A stretch of DNA of 64,000 nt from Alphaproteobacteria bacterium (GTDB lineage Bacteria; Pseudomonadota; Alphaproteobacteria; SP197). A program made the translations under genes and the position numbers. Below are positions 49,856 to 59,839 of the stretch, piece after piece (position 1 is the first letter of the stretch; every line of letters starts with the position of its first letter). The notes beneath the pieces were generated by a model, which saw only the letters and a list, made by a program, of their open reading frames with translations, was not told the DNA's origin and did not search any database. Location: the NCBI GenBank assembly GCA_964291415.2, contig OZ219918.1, positions 864,001-928,000 on the forward strand, written 5' to 3'.

Positions 49856-50818
49856 ATGAGTGGTGCGGTTCTGACTCTGAAGGTGAACAGGGTCGTCGAC
49901 GAAGCGGTTGACATACGCTCCTTCGAGCTCGTTGACCCTGAAGGCCGTCTGCTGCCGATGTTCACGGCCGGGGCCCACGTCGACGTCGAGTTGCCCAACG
50001 GTCTTGTCCGGCAGTACTCGATTTCGAGTGATCCGCGGGATGTTGACCGCTACGTCGTCGGAGTCCTGCGTGAGCCGGAGAGCCGGGGCGGATCCGTCTG
50101 CATGCACGATCGTGTGCGTGCGGGGGATCACCTGACGATCCATGGCCCGCGCAACAATTTCCCCCTGGCGGCCGATGCACGCCATCACATCCTGCTGGCC
50201 GGCGGTATCGGCGTGACACCGATGATGGCCATGGCCCGTGATCTTTCGGCGCGTGGCGCCTCCTTCGAGATGCACTACTGCACGCGCTCACCGGATCGCA
50301 CGGCCTTTCGCACCGACATCGCGCAATCGGATTTTGCCGATCACGTGGTCTTTCACCATGACAACGGCATTCCGGCCGACGGTCTTGATATCGCCGGTCT
50401 CCTAAGGGAGGTGCGCCCGGATACGCATGTCTACTATTGTGGTCCGGCGGGATTCATGCAGGCCTGCGAGGCGGCATTGGCCCACTGGCCGCGCCACACC
50501 GTTCACTTCGAGTACTTTTCTGTCGACGAATCCGTCGAACATGGCGAGAACGCAGCCTTCAAGGTGAAGATCGCCAGCACGGGCGCGGTGCTCGACGTGC
50601 CGGCGGACCGCACCATCGTCGAGGTGCTGCGTGCCAACGGCCTTGATGTCGAAACCATGTGCGAGGAAGGAATCTGCGGCACCTGCGCCACGGTGCTCCT
50701 CGACGGAGAGCCCGATCACCGGGATTTCGTGCTGGACGACGAGGAAAAGGCTCGCGGCGAATTCATCATGGTCTGCTGCAGTCGCGCCCGTTCGCCGATG
50801 CTGACCCTCGACATCTGA
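49856..50818 (+). CDS. PDR/VanB-family FMN-[2Fe-2S] reductase
   Basis: GAHVD, RQYSI, SRGGS, AGGIGVTP, YCGP, CEEGICGTC...CCS. Confidence 0.93.
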   Translation: MSGAVLTLKVNRVVDEAVDIRSFELVDPEGRLLPMFTAGAHVDVELPNGLVRQYSISSDPRDVDRYVVGVLREPESRGGSVCMHDRVRAGDHLTIHGPRNNFPLAADARHHILLAGGIGVTPMMAMARDLSARGASFEMHYCTRSPDRTAFRTDIAQSDFADHVVFHHDNGIPADGLDIAGLLREVRPDTHVYYCGPAGFMQACEAALAHWPRHTVHFEYFSVDESVEHGENAAFKVKIASTGAVLDVPADRTIVEVLRANGLDVETMCEEGICGTCATVLLDGEPDHRDFVLDDEEKARGEFIMVCCSRARSPMLTLDI

Positions 50819-50860
50819 ACCCCTTCGGGGCGCAGACGGGCCTCGGTCCCGTGAACCGAA

Positions 50861-51619
50861 TCAGGCGGTCATGCCGCCGTCGACCACGAGGGTGTGGCCG
50901 GTGATGTATGACGCACAGGCGAGAAAGAGAATACTCTCGGCGAAGTCATCAGGTTCCCCGGCACGGTTCAATGGGACACGCGCGAGGCGTTCCTGGTTGC
51001 CTTCGTCGGACCAGCGGCATTCCCAGGGACTGTCGACCACGCCCGGAGCAACGGCATTGACCCGCACCTCCGGCGCCAGGGCCTTGGCCAGGGCCTGTGT
51101 CAGGTTGATGAGGCCGGCCTTGGACGCGGCGTAGGCCGTCGATGATCCTACTCCCGTGAGACCGGCCACCGAACAGGTGTTGACGATCGCCCCGCCACCC
51201 TGCCTGAGCGCCCCCGCCGCGGCGCGGGCGCACCGGTAGGGACCGACGAGATTGACCGACAGCACCTTCAGCCACATGTCCTCGTCGATGGCGTCAAGAT
51301 CCCGGGGTGGTACCGGGCTTGGCGTTGCCGGCGTACCGGCGTTGTTGACGAGATGGTCGAGGCCGCCGAGTTCATCGATGACGGCCGAGACCATGGCCCC
51401 GCAGCCGTGCTCATCCCCGACGTCACCAGGTGCGGCCACGACATCCAGTCCTTCATCCCGCAGGCTTGCAACCTCCCTGGCGAGATTCGGGTTGCCGGGA
51501 AGGTCGTTGAGGGCCACCCGGGAACCGCAACGGGCAAACAGCGTGGCCGTTGCCAATCCGATGCCGGAGGCGGCGCCGGTGACGAGACTGCGCGTGCCGG
51601 CAAGATCGCAACTGATCAC
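50861..51619 (-). CDS. SDR-family oxidoreductase
   Basis: TGAASGIG, NNAG, YAASK, NAVAPG, VDGG. Confidence 0.9.
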   Translation of the reverse strand: MISCDLAGTRSLVTGAASGIGLATATLFARCGSRVALNDLPGNPNLAREVASLRDEGLDVVAAPGDVGDEHGCGAMVSAVIDELGGLDHLVNNAGTPATPSPVPPRDLDAIDEDMWLKVLSVNLVGPYRCARAAAGALRQGGGAIVNTCSVAGLTGVGSSTAYAASKAGLINLTQALAKALAPEVRVNAVAPGVVDSPWECRWSDEGNQERLARVPLNRAGEPDDFAESILFLACASYITGHTLVVDGGMTA

Positions 51620-52497
51620 TGGGTGCCCCTGAGGCCGAGCATGGATCGGGCCTCATCGGATGTTGCGACGCGGCAACCGAGCATGGAGATGATGCCGGCC
51701 GCCTTCTCGACGAGTTCGGCATTGGTCGCCAGCACACCCCGTTCCAGGTAGAGGTTGTCCTCCAGACCGACCCGGACGTGACCGCCCTGATTCACCACTT
51801 CAGCCACCATGGGCATCTGCAGTCGCGAGATTCCGAATCCGGCCCACAGGGCGCCGTCGGGCAGCATCGAGCGAAGTAGGGTCACGGTCTCGGCGGCAGC
51901 TGGAGCCCCCCAGGGAATGCCCATGCACAGCTGGAACATGGGCGGGGACTCGATGAGACCATCGTCGACCATGCGGGTGGCGAGCCGGAGATGACCGGCA
52001 TCGAACACCTCGAGTTCAGGCTTGACGCCGGCAGCGCGAATGCGCCGGGCCATCTCCTCCAGGTGTGCCGGGACGTTGACGAAGGCGCGTTCGCCAAAAT
52101 TCATGGTTGCCACGTCGAGGCTGCACACCTCGGGCAACAGTTCTTCCACGTGGCGGACCCGTTCAGCGGGTGTGCGGAACGATCCTGGCACCGCGGTACG
52201 TGAGGGATCGTCGGCCGACGGAATGAACCCGGCCCCCGGTCCGGTCGTCAGGTTGATGACAATCGTGCTGTCGGAATCTCGGATGCGGCTGGTGACTTCG
52301 GCGTAGAGATCCTGCCTCATCGATGGTGCGCCGGTTTCGGGGTTGCGGACATGTACATGGCAGATCGCCGCGCCGGCCTTCCCGGCATCGATGGCGGCCG
52401 TGGCGATCTCATCCGGGGTGACCGGGACCTTGTCGCTTCTCGAAACGGTGTCACCGCCGCCGGTAACCGCGCAGGTGATGATGACGGGCCGGGACAT
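51616..52497 (-). CDS. Beta-keto acid cleavage enzyme (BKACE/DUF849)
   Basis: ITCAVTG, GAAICHVHVR, NLTTG, KPELEVFD, HVRVGLEDN. Confidence 0.9.
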   Translation of the reverse strand: MSRPVIITCAVTGGGDTVSRSDKVPVTPDEIATAAIDAGKAGAAICHVHVRNPETGAPSMRQDLYAEVTSRIRDSDSTIVINLTTGPGAGFIPSADDPSRTAVPGSFRTPAERVRHVEELLPEVCSLDVATMNFGERAFVNVPAHLEEMARRIRAAGVKPELEVFDAGHLRLATRMVDDGLIESPPMFQLCMGIPWGAPAAAETVTLLRSMLPDGALWAGFGISRLQMPMVAEVVNQGGHVRVGLEDNLYLERGVLATNAELVEKAAGIISMLGCRVATSDEARSMLGLRGTQ

Positions 52498-52515
52498 CGA
52501 ACGGACCCTCTCCGC

Positions 52516-52740
52516 TCAGTCCAGCTTGAGCTGTCCGAACCGTCTGGAAAACCGTGCCACCTGTCCGCCGGTGTCGACGAGACGCTGGCTTCCCCCGGTC
52601 CAGGCTGGATGAGACAGGGGGTCAATCTCCAGCGTCATGGTGTCGCCTTCGCTGCCCCACGTGGAGCGGGTCACGAATTCCGTACCGTCAGTCATGACGA
52701 TCCTGATGTCGTGATAGTCAGGATGAATACCGTCCTTCAT
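52516..52740 (-). CDS. rpmE: 50S ribosomal protein L31 (Cys-free form)
   Basis: [29 protein letters not shown]. Confidence 0.95.
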   Translation of the reverse strand: MKDGIHPDYHDIRIVMTDGTEFVTRSTWGSEGDTMTLEIDPLSHPAWTGGSQRLVDTGGQVARFSRRFGQLKLD

Positions 52741-52875
52741 GGCCAACCCCCGTTGTGCGGCACCGGTTTATAGGCAACCACCTCGTTGCATGCAAGGCCG
52801 GTCGTGGTTGGCGGCGGCATCGACGGGGCCGACAACGATCTCGCCACCGATGGCGCAATTGTTGCCGGCGAGGTG

Positions 52876-54093
52876 TCAAGAAAGGAAGGGGTTTTCGTCA
52901 GTGCCGGCTTGCAGCCATGTCGAGCGATGCAGATCCCGCCAACCGACACATTCGGTGCCCTTGCGGGATTGTCCCCTGTCACCGCCGAACACCAGTCGCG
53001 TCGTCGGATGGTGGGTGTCGGCGGACTCTGCCAGGAGTTCCTTGAAGCGCCGCAGAGGTCGCAGGAAGCTCTCATCCACAGTCGCGCCGGACTTCACTTC
53101 GCAAGCGATGATGGACAAGCCACTCTGAATGACAAGGTCGACTTCCGGTCCGCGCGCGGACCGGAAATGGAACATGCCACCGGGTTCACCGCGATGAATC
53201 CGGTGCTTGAAAATCTCGGCGGCGACCCAGCTTTCGAAGATGGCGCCGCGCAACGGATGGTGTCGCAGTTCATCGGCCGAACGGATGCCCAGGAGACGAC
53301 ATGCGAGACCACTGTCCATAACGTGAAGCTTTGGCGCCTTGACCAGTTGCTTGCGCAGGTCTCTGTGCCAGGCCGGCAGGCGGAACACGAGAAAACCCGC
53401 CTCCAGAACTGACATCCAGGCGCGGATGGTGTTATGCGAAACACCCGCATCTCCCCCGATATCGGAGAGATTGATCTCCTGTGCAGTGCGGCTCGCTGCC
53501 AATGCCATGAAGCGGCCAAAAGCCTCGAGGTTGCCAATCTGCGACACTTGGCGCAGATCCCGTTCAACGTACGTGGCCAGATAGTTGGCCAGCCAGCGTC
53601 CGGCGTTCAGTCGGCGCCCGTGAATGGCCGGATAGCCTCCCCGGAACATCACCTCGCAGAGGTCGGTTGTGGCAGAATCGAAGGCGATCAGCTCGTCGAA
53701 ACTCAAGGGCAGCAGGTGGACGATTGCGGTCCGGCCGGCCAGAGACTGGGTGATCGCTCGGGTGAGTCCGAAGTGTTGCGATCCGGTGACGATGTAGCGC
53801 CCTGGCTCCGGTCGCTCGTCGACGATGGTCTGGATGTAGCTGCTCAGGTCGGGAGCGTGCTGGATTTCGTCGATGATGGCGCCGTCGGGGTACTCTGCCA
53901 GGAATCCACGTGGATCGCTGCGCGCATACTCGCGTTCGTCGAGTGGCTCCAGGTTGACGTAGGGCTTCTTCGGAAACACCGCCCGGCAAAACGTGGTCTT
54001 GCCGGATTGTCGGGGGCCGGTGATAGTCACCACGGGATAGTCATCCGCGATGCCGAGAACCAGTGTTTCCAGTGCACGAGGTTTGTATGGCAT
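52876..54093 (-). CDS. AAA+ ATPase (AAA_14) with DUF4143 / PD-(D/E)xK-like C-terminus
   Basis: GPRQSGKT, IIDEIQ, TGS, GGYP, TYVERD, KAPKLHVMDSGL, EVD...EVK. Confidence 0.88.
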   Translation of the reverse strand: MPYKPRALETLVLGIADDYPVVTITGPRQSGKTTFCRAVFPKKPYVNLEPLDEREYARSDPRGFLAEYPDGAIIDEIQHAPDLSSYIQTIVDERPEPGRYIVTGSQHFGLTRAITQSLAGRTAIVHLLPLSFDELIAFDSATTDLCEVMFRGGYPAIHGRRLNAGRWLANYLATYVERDLRQVSQIGNLEAFGRFMALAASRTAQEINLSDIGGDAGVSHNTIRAWMSVLEAGFLVFRLPAWHRDLRKQLVKAPKLHVMDSGLACRLLGIRSADELRHHPLRGAIFESWVAAEIFKHRIHRGEPGGMFHFRSARGPEVDLVIQSGLSIIACEVKSGATVDESFLRPLRRFKELLAESADTHHPTTRLVFGGDRGQSRKGTECVGWRDLHRSTWLQAGTDENPFLS

Positions 54094-54127
54094 GCATGAA
54101 TTGTAATCGTGACTTACAAATTATGCA
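54093..54127. promoter_or_regulatory. AT-rich imperfect palindrome abutting the AAA_14 start codon
   Basis: TGCATGAATTGTAA-N7-TTACAAATTATGCA (12 of 14 positions complementary). Confidence 0.55.
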
Positions 54128-54508
54128 ATCCCGTGGTCATGAACGCTCATGACTCGACCCGCAGTTCACAAGCATCGGAACGCCGTCCGGCCGTTGCGGG
54201 CTCCGCCGGACGGACGCCGTGGTGGTCGCGGATGATGCCGGTGGCGTGGACAGTGTCGATCGCCCGGCAGACCCAGAGTCAGAACCTGAATGGCGGATAT
54301 CCGGAACCGCCGGACGACCGGAAAGCCTGCCTTGACGGTCCTGGGCAGCGTCTCTCGCGGGAGGCCGCCAGCCACGTCAGCGATGCCGGTCTCGCAACAG
54401 CCGGAGATCGCCTTGGAACAACGCAACCGCCGGGTGCGGAGGTGACCCTCACGATTGGCCGTTGCCACTCACTGATCATACCCTGATGGCCCGGAACCGG
54501 AGCGATTC

Positions 54509-56173
54509 ATGCAGGAGGCTTTCGATTTCATCATCGTTGGAGCCGGCTCGGCGGGATGTGTCCTCGCCAACCGTCTGAGCGAGGATGGCCGGGCGACGGT
54601 CCTGCTGCTCGAGGCGGGGGGCCGTGACCGGCACCTCTACATGCCGATTCCTGCAGGTTTCATGGACATTCTCAATGCCGAAGGCGTGCGGTGGACCTAC
54701 TTCAGCGAACCGGAACCGCAGCTCGGCCACCGCCGCATGTGGCAGCACCGCGGCAAAGTGCTCGGTGGTTCTTCGTCCATCAACGCCATGATGTACATCC
54801 GAGGCCATGCCCTCGACTACGACACCTGGGCCGCCATGGGAGCATCTGGCTGGGCCTGGCCGGACGTGCTGCCGTACTTTCGCCGCATGGAGACCTACGA
54901 CAGGGGAGCGGATACCTACCGGGGCGACAGCGGACCGCTTCGCGTACAGTCAGCAGGCCGTGATTCGCCTCTCTTCGAGAGCTTCGTGGAGGCCGGCGTC
55001 CAGGCGGGCTACTACTTCAACCCTGATGTCAACGGTCGCACTCAGGAAGGATTCGGCCCCTGCGACAGCACGGTCTGGAGGGGCCGCAGGTCAAGCACGG
55101 CCCGCACGTACCTCAGTGCCGCGGCAGGCCGGCGCAATCTCGAGGTGAGGACAGGCGCCCGGGCTCTCAAGGTGGTGCTCGACGGCCACCGGGCCACGGC
55201 CGTGCGGTATCGCAGGAACGGGCGCGAGCAGGAGGTTCGTGCACGACACGAGATCGTGCTTGCATGCGGCGCCATCAACACCCCGCACCTACTCATGCTG
55301 TCGGGCATTGGTCCGTCGGATGAGCTTGTCCGCCACGGCATCGATGTGGTCGTCGACCATCCGGATGTCGGAGCCAACCTGATGGATCATCTGTGCCTCT
55401 ACATGCAGTGGCTCTGCCTCAAGCCGGTGAGCCTGCAACCCCACGCCCGTCCTCCGCGACGCTGGCTGACGGGTGCACGGTGGTTGCTGACACGTACCGG
55501 CGTTGCCGCCCGCACCCAGGGTGAGGCAGTGGCGTTCATGCGCAGCCGTCCCGGGGTGCGGCAGCCTGATCTGCAGGTCGACTTCATGCCTGCGGCCTTT
55601 CTCGAGAGCCGGGAGGTCGCACCCGTTCCTCATGCGTTCGCCGTTCACTTCGGTCCGCTCAGACCGACCAGTCGCGGGCGGATCGCATTGCAGTCGTCCG
55701 ACTCCTTCCAGCCGCCCCGGATCATCTTCAATTACCTCTCCACCGAAGAGGACTGGCGTGACATGCGCCGCGCGGTCTGTCTCGTGCGAGAGGTGTTTCG
55801 CCAGCCGGCCTTCGACGGCCTGCGTGGACCCGAGCTGTTGCCCGGCGACGACGTGGTGAGCGGGGAGGGCATCGACGCCTTCATCCGCGACACCGCCACC
55901 ACCAATTTCCATGTCTGCGGCACCTGCCGCATGGGCGAGGAGACGGTGCTGGATTCTGAGTGCCGGGTGCGCGGTGTTGATCGCCTGCGCGTAGCCGACG
56001 CTTCCGTCATGCCGCGAATCACGAGCGGCAACACCAACGCCCCGACCATCATGATTGCCGAAAAGGTGTCCGACATGATCCGGGGAATCAGCGAGCCTCC
56101 GGCTGTCGTCGATGTTCCCGTCGAGAAGGACTGGGAGACGACGCAGCGGCCTGGATACCCGGTGCGCTCCTGA
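54509..56173 (+). CDS. GMC oxidoreductase, choline-dehydrogenase-like
   Basis: GAGSAG, RGKVLGGSSSINAM, GANLMDH, HVCGTCRMG, DASVMP..SGNTNAP. Orthology to BetA not established. Confidence 0.88.
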   Translation: MQEAFDFIIVGAGSAGCVLANRLSEDGRATVLLLEAGGRDRHLYMPIPAGFMDILNAEGVRWTYFSEPEPQLGHRRMWQHRGKVLGGSSSINAMMYIRGHALDYDTWAAMGASGWAWPDVLPYFRRMETYDRGADTYRGDSGPLRVQSAGRDSPLFESFVEAGVQAGYYFNPDVNGRTQEGFGPCDSTVWRGRRSSTARTYLSAAAGRRNLEVRTGARALKVVLDGHRATAVRYRRNGREQEVRARHEIVLACGAINTPHLLMLSGIGPSDELVRHGIDVVVDHPDVGANLMDHLCLYMQWLCLKPVSLQPHARPPRRWLTGARWLLTRTGVAARTQGEAVAFMRSRPGVRQPDLQVDFMPAAFLESREVAPVPHAFAVHFGPLRPTSRGRIALQSSDSFQPPRIIFNYLSTEEDWRDMRRAVCLVREVFRQPAFDGLRGPELLPGDDVVSGEGIDAFIRDTATTNFHVCGTCRMGEETVLDSECRVRGVDRLRVADASVMPRITSGNTNAPTIMIAEKVSDMIRGISEPPAVVDVPVEKDWETTQRPGYPVRS

Positions 56174-56218
56174 CCGCTTCACTTGTTGGCCCGATTGACC
56201 GCTGATATAGCAGCGCCT

Positions 56219-58042
56219 GTGTCGAGATCAGGTCCAAAGACCAGGCGCCCTGGCAGCAGGACGGAATCACCGGAACGCGAGGGCAGTCGTGATCTGGGCG
56301 AACTGCGGCGCCTTCTTCCCTACCTTGCTCCCTACAAGGTCCAGGTGGCAGGCGCCGTTCTGGCGCTTATCGTCGCTGCGGTGGCTGTCCTGTGCCTCGG
56401 TGTCGGGCTGAGAGTCCTGATCGACCGGGGGCTGGCCGAGACAGACACCGGCATCCTCAACCAGGCCCTTGTCGTTCTCATGGTCATCGTCGTGATCCTC
56501 GCGATCGCCAGTTTTGCCCGATCATGGCTGGTCTCCTGGATCGGCGAGCGCGTGGTGGCGGATTTGCGACGGGACGTCTTCGACCGGATGATCGCCATGT
56601 CGCCCACCTTCTTCGAGGTGACCCGCACCGGCGAGGTGCATTCCAGGCTCGTGACGGACACATCCGTCCTGCAGACGGTTGTCGGATCATCGGTGTCCAT
56701 GGCCTTGCGCAACGTCCTCCTGCTGGCCGGTGGCACGGCCATGCTTGCGGTGACAAGCGCCAGACTGACAGCAATCGTGGTTCTCATGGTGCCGGTGGTG
56801 CTGATGCCGGTCCTGTTGTTTGGCCGCCGTGTGCGCCGCCTGTCGCGGCTGTCGCAGGACCATCTTGCCGATGTCGGCCACCGGGTTGACGAATCACTGA
56901 GTGCCGTTCCCACCGTCCAGGCCTTCGTCCGCGAAGACTTCGAACGCCAGCGTTTCGGCGGCACGGTCGAGACGGCGTTCCACACGGCGGTGCGGCGCAT
57001 CACTGCCCGAAGCTACCTGTTTTCCAGTGTCATCCTGTTGCTTTTCGGCGGCATTGCCGGTGTCCTGTGGATGGGAGGGCACGATGTGCTCGCCGGCCGC
57101 ATCAGCGGCGGGGACCTGGCGTCGTTCGTCTTCTACGCGGTGATCGTGGCCGCCGCCGCCGGCGTGCTGAGCGAAATCTGGGGCGAACTCCAGAGAGCCG
57201 CCGGCGCCGCGGAACGCCTGAGCGAACTGCTCCTGGCGCGATCGGACATATGCGAGCCGGCAGATCCCGTGGCGTTGCCCGAGCCGCCACAGGGGATCGT
57301 CAGTGTTCAGGATGTCATCTTCCGCTATGACACTCGCCCCGACGAGCCCGCCGTCAACGGTGTGTCGTTCGATGTCGGACGTGGCGAGACCGTGGCCCTG
57401 GTCGGGCATTCAGGGTCCGGAAAAAGCACCCTGTTTCGCCTCCTCCTGCGATTTCACGATCCTCAGGAGGGAACCATCACCCTGGACGGTGTCGACGTCC
57501 GGGAGGCCCCCATCGCCAGCCTGAGGCAGCGCATTGCTCTTGTGCCCCAGGAGCCGGTGATCTTCGGTGCGTCGGTTGCCGACAACATCCGTTATGGCAG
57601 GCCGGGGGCGACCCTGGATGATGTCCGCGCCGCCGCGCGGAGTGCTTATGCTGACGGGTTCATCGACCGCCTCGCGGACGGCTACGACACCTTTGTCGGA
57701 GAACGCGGAACACGTCTTTCCATCGGCGAGCGTCAACGGATCGCCATTGCCCGGGCGATCCTGAAAGACGCGCCCCTGCTGCTGCTTGATGAGGCGACCA
57801 GTGCTCTCGACGCGGAAAGCGAACGGGAAGTGCAGAAGGCCCTGAAGACACTGATGACAGGGAGGTCAACCCTGGTCATTGCCCACAGGCTGGCGACGGT
57901 CCTCAAGGCCGATCGGATCATCGTCCTTCACGAGGGACGGATCGTCGAAAGCGGGCGCCATGGAGACCTGGTGGCGGCCGATGGCCGCTACGCACGGCTT
58001 GCCCAGTTACAGTTCGATGAGACTCTTCCCGATCTGGGATGA
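56219..58042 (+). CDS. ABC exporter, fused permease/ATPase (MsbA-related)
   Basis: TM domain plus GHSGSGKST, LSIGERQR, LLLDEATSALD, IAHRL. Start uncertain. Confidence 0.9.
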   Translation: MSRSGPKTRRPGSRTESPEREGSRDLGELRRLLPYLAPYKVQVAGAVLALIVAAVAVLCLGVGLRVLIDRGLAETDTGILNQALVVLMVIVVILAIASFARSWLVSWIGERVVADLRRDVFDRMIAMSPTFFEVTRTGEVHSRLVTDTSVLQTVVGSSVSMALRNVLLLAGGTAMLAVTSARLTAIVVLMVPVVLMPVLLFGRRVRRLSRLSQDHLADVGHRVDESLSAVPTVQAFVREDFERQRFGGTVETAFHTAVRRITARSYLFSSVILLLFGGIAGVLWMGGHDVLAGRISGGDLASFVFYAVIVAAAAGVLSEIWGELQRAAGAAERLSELLLARSDICEPADPVALPEPPQGIVSVQDVIFRYDTRPDEPAVNGVSFDVGRGETVALVGHSGSGKSTLFRLLLRFHDPQEGTITLDGVDVREAPIASLRQRIALVPQEPVIFGASVADNIRYGRPGATLDDVRAAARSAYADGFIDRLADGYDTFVGERGTRLSIGERQRIAIARAILKDAPLLLLDEATSALDAESEREVQKALKTLMTGRSTLVIAHRLATVLKADRIIVLHEGRIVESGRHGDLVAADGRYARLAQLQFDETLPDLG

Positions 58043-59049
58043 CGCTGCAGGTGGAGGATTCACCATTGTTGAAGACACGATTTACCGAACTGTTCGGTTC
58101 GCGACATCCCCTGTGTTGCGGAGGCATGACCCATGTTGGCCGTGCGCCCTTTGTTGCTGCGGCATGCGAAGCCGGGGTCCTGGGGTTTCTGACCGCGCTT
58201 ACCCAGCCCGACCCGGAAGAGCTGCAGCGGGAAATCGACCGTCTGCGCGACGCCACCGACCAGCCATTCGGCGTCAACCTCACGATCCTGCCGACGCTGA
58301 AGCCTGTTCCCTACGCGGAGTACCTCGATGCGGCGCTTGAGGCCGGCGTCACGATCATCGAGACCGCGGGCAACAACCCGGAGCGCTTCGTACCAAGGAT
58401 CAGGGCCGCCGGGGCGCGACTCATCCACAAGTGCACGTCATTGCGCCATGCCATCAAGGCCCAGAAGATTGGCTGCGACGCGATCGCCATCGACGGTTTC
58501 GAGTGCGCCGGACACCCGGGCGAGGATGACGTGCCCGGACTCGTGCTGATCCCGGTGGTCGTCGACAAGCTCACCATTCCGGTCATCGCGTCCGGCGGAT
58601 TCGCCGATGGCCGCGGGCTGGTGGCGGCGCTGGCTCTGGGTGCGGAGGGCATCAACATGGGCACCCGCTTCATGGTCACCCGGGAAGCCGCCATTCACGC
58701 CCGGGTCAAGGAGGCCGCGGTTCAGGCCACGGAACGCGACACCCAGCTCATTCTGCGCAGTTTCCGCAACACGGCCCGTTTCTTTCGCAATTCCGTCACG
58801 CAAAAGGTGGCGGAGCTCGAGGCGAGGCCAGGTGGTGTGACCATCGAGGAACTGGCGCCGCTCGTTGCCGGGGCGGAAGGGCGCCGGCTCTTCGACGAAG
58901 GCGATCTCGAGTCCGGCATCTGGTCCGCCGGCCAGGTCCTGGGCCTGATCAACGATGTTCCTTCCATGAAGGAACTTGTCGAGCGGATCATGGCTGACGC
59001 CGCGACCATCATGGAGCGGCGTCTGCCATCAATGCACGTCACCGCATGA
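58039..59049 (+). CDS. Nitronate monooxygenase / FabK-like flavoprotein
   Basis: GGM, PFGVN, ETAG, DGFECAGHPG, ASGG, MGTRF. Confidence 0.88.
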   Translation: MTLQVEDSPLLKTRFTELFGSRHPLCCGGMTHVGRAPFVAAACEAGVLGFLTALTQPDPEELQREIDRLRDATDQPFGVNLTILPTLKPVPYAEYLDAALEAGVTIIETAGNNPERFVPRIRAAGARLIHKCTSLRHAIKAQKIGCDAIAIDGFECAGHPGEDDVPGLVLIPVVVDKLTIPVIASGGFADGRGLVAALALGAEGINMGTRFMVTREAAIHARVKEAAVQATERDTQLILRSFRNTARFFRNSVTQKVAELEARPGGVTIEELAPLVAGAEGRRLFDEGDLESGIWSAGQVLGLINDVPSMKELVERIMADAATIMERRLPSMHVTA

Positions 59050-59764
59050 TCTGGCCGCCGTTGACGTCCATGGTCGCGCCGGTGATGAAGTCCGCCTCGT
59101 CCGCCACGAGGAAGAGAACACAGCGCGCCACATCCTCGACTCGCCCGAGGCGTCCTGCCGGAATGTGATTGCGGACGAGATCGTCGAGCCATTCCTGCGG
59201 AGCGACACGCACCATGTCCGTGTCGATGTATCCGGGCGCCACGGCGTTGACGGTGACCCCCCGGGCGATACTCTCCTTTGCCAGAGCCTTGGTGAAGGAG
59301 ATGATGGCGCCCTTGGCGGCACCGTAGGCGGTTTCACCATAGTTCGGGGAAAAGGCCGACAGTGAGGCGATGTTGACGATACGTCCGAAACCGGCCTTGC
59401 GCATGGGCGCGATGACCTGGTGGGTGACGTTGAAGTAGCCGTTGAGATTGGTGTCGATCACCTGCCGCCAGACGTCATCGCCCATCTTGTGCATGAAGCG
59501 GTCCGGCGAGATGCCGGCGTTGTTGACCAGGATGTCGATGGTGCCGTGATCGGCCACCACCCGCTCGACCCCTTCTCGCGACGCCTGATAGTCGGCGACG
59601 TTCCACTTGTAGGCGGGGATGGCGTGTTCTGCTGTCAGGCTGCGTGCGGCATCGTCGTTGGCCCGGTAGTTGGCCGCCACCCGGTAGCCGGCGGCGGCAA
59701 GCGCGCGTGCAATACCCCGACCGATACCTCGTGACGCTCCGGTCACAAGCGCCAGTCTTGTCAT
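59039..59764 (-). CDS. SDR, acetoacetyl-CoA-reductase (PhaB/FabG)-like
   Basis: TGASRGIG, NNAGI..D..MHKM, YGAAK, APGYIDTDMV, NGG. Confidence 0.85.
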   Translation of the reverse strand: MTRLALVTGASRGIGRGIARALAAAGYRVAANYRANDDAARSLTAEHAIPAYKWNVADYQASREGVERVVADHGTIDILVNNAGISPDRFMHKMGDDVWRQVIDTNLNGYFNVTHQVIAPMRKAGFGRIVNIASLSAFSPNYGETAYGAAKGAIISFTKALAKESIARGVTVNAVAPGYIDTDMVRVAPQEWLDDLVRNHIPAGRLGRVEDVARCVLFLVADEADFITGATMDVNGGQIMR

Positions 59765-59839
59765 GGCGATCCATTCCCTGCTCATGTGGCACAATCACTG
59801 GAGCATCATTGTCGCCGAATTGTCCCGAGGGAGAAACAC

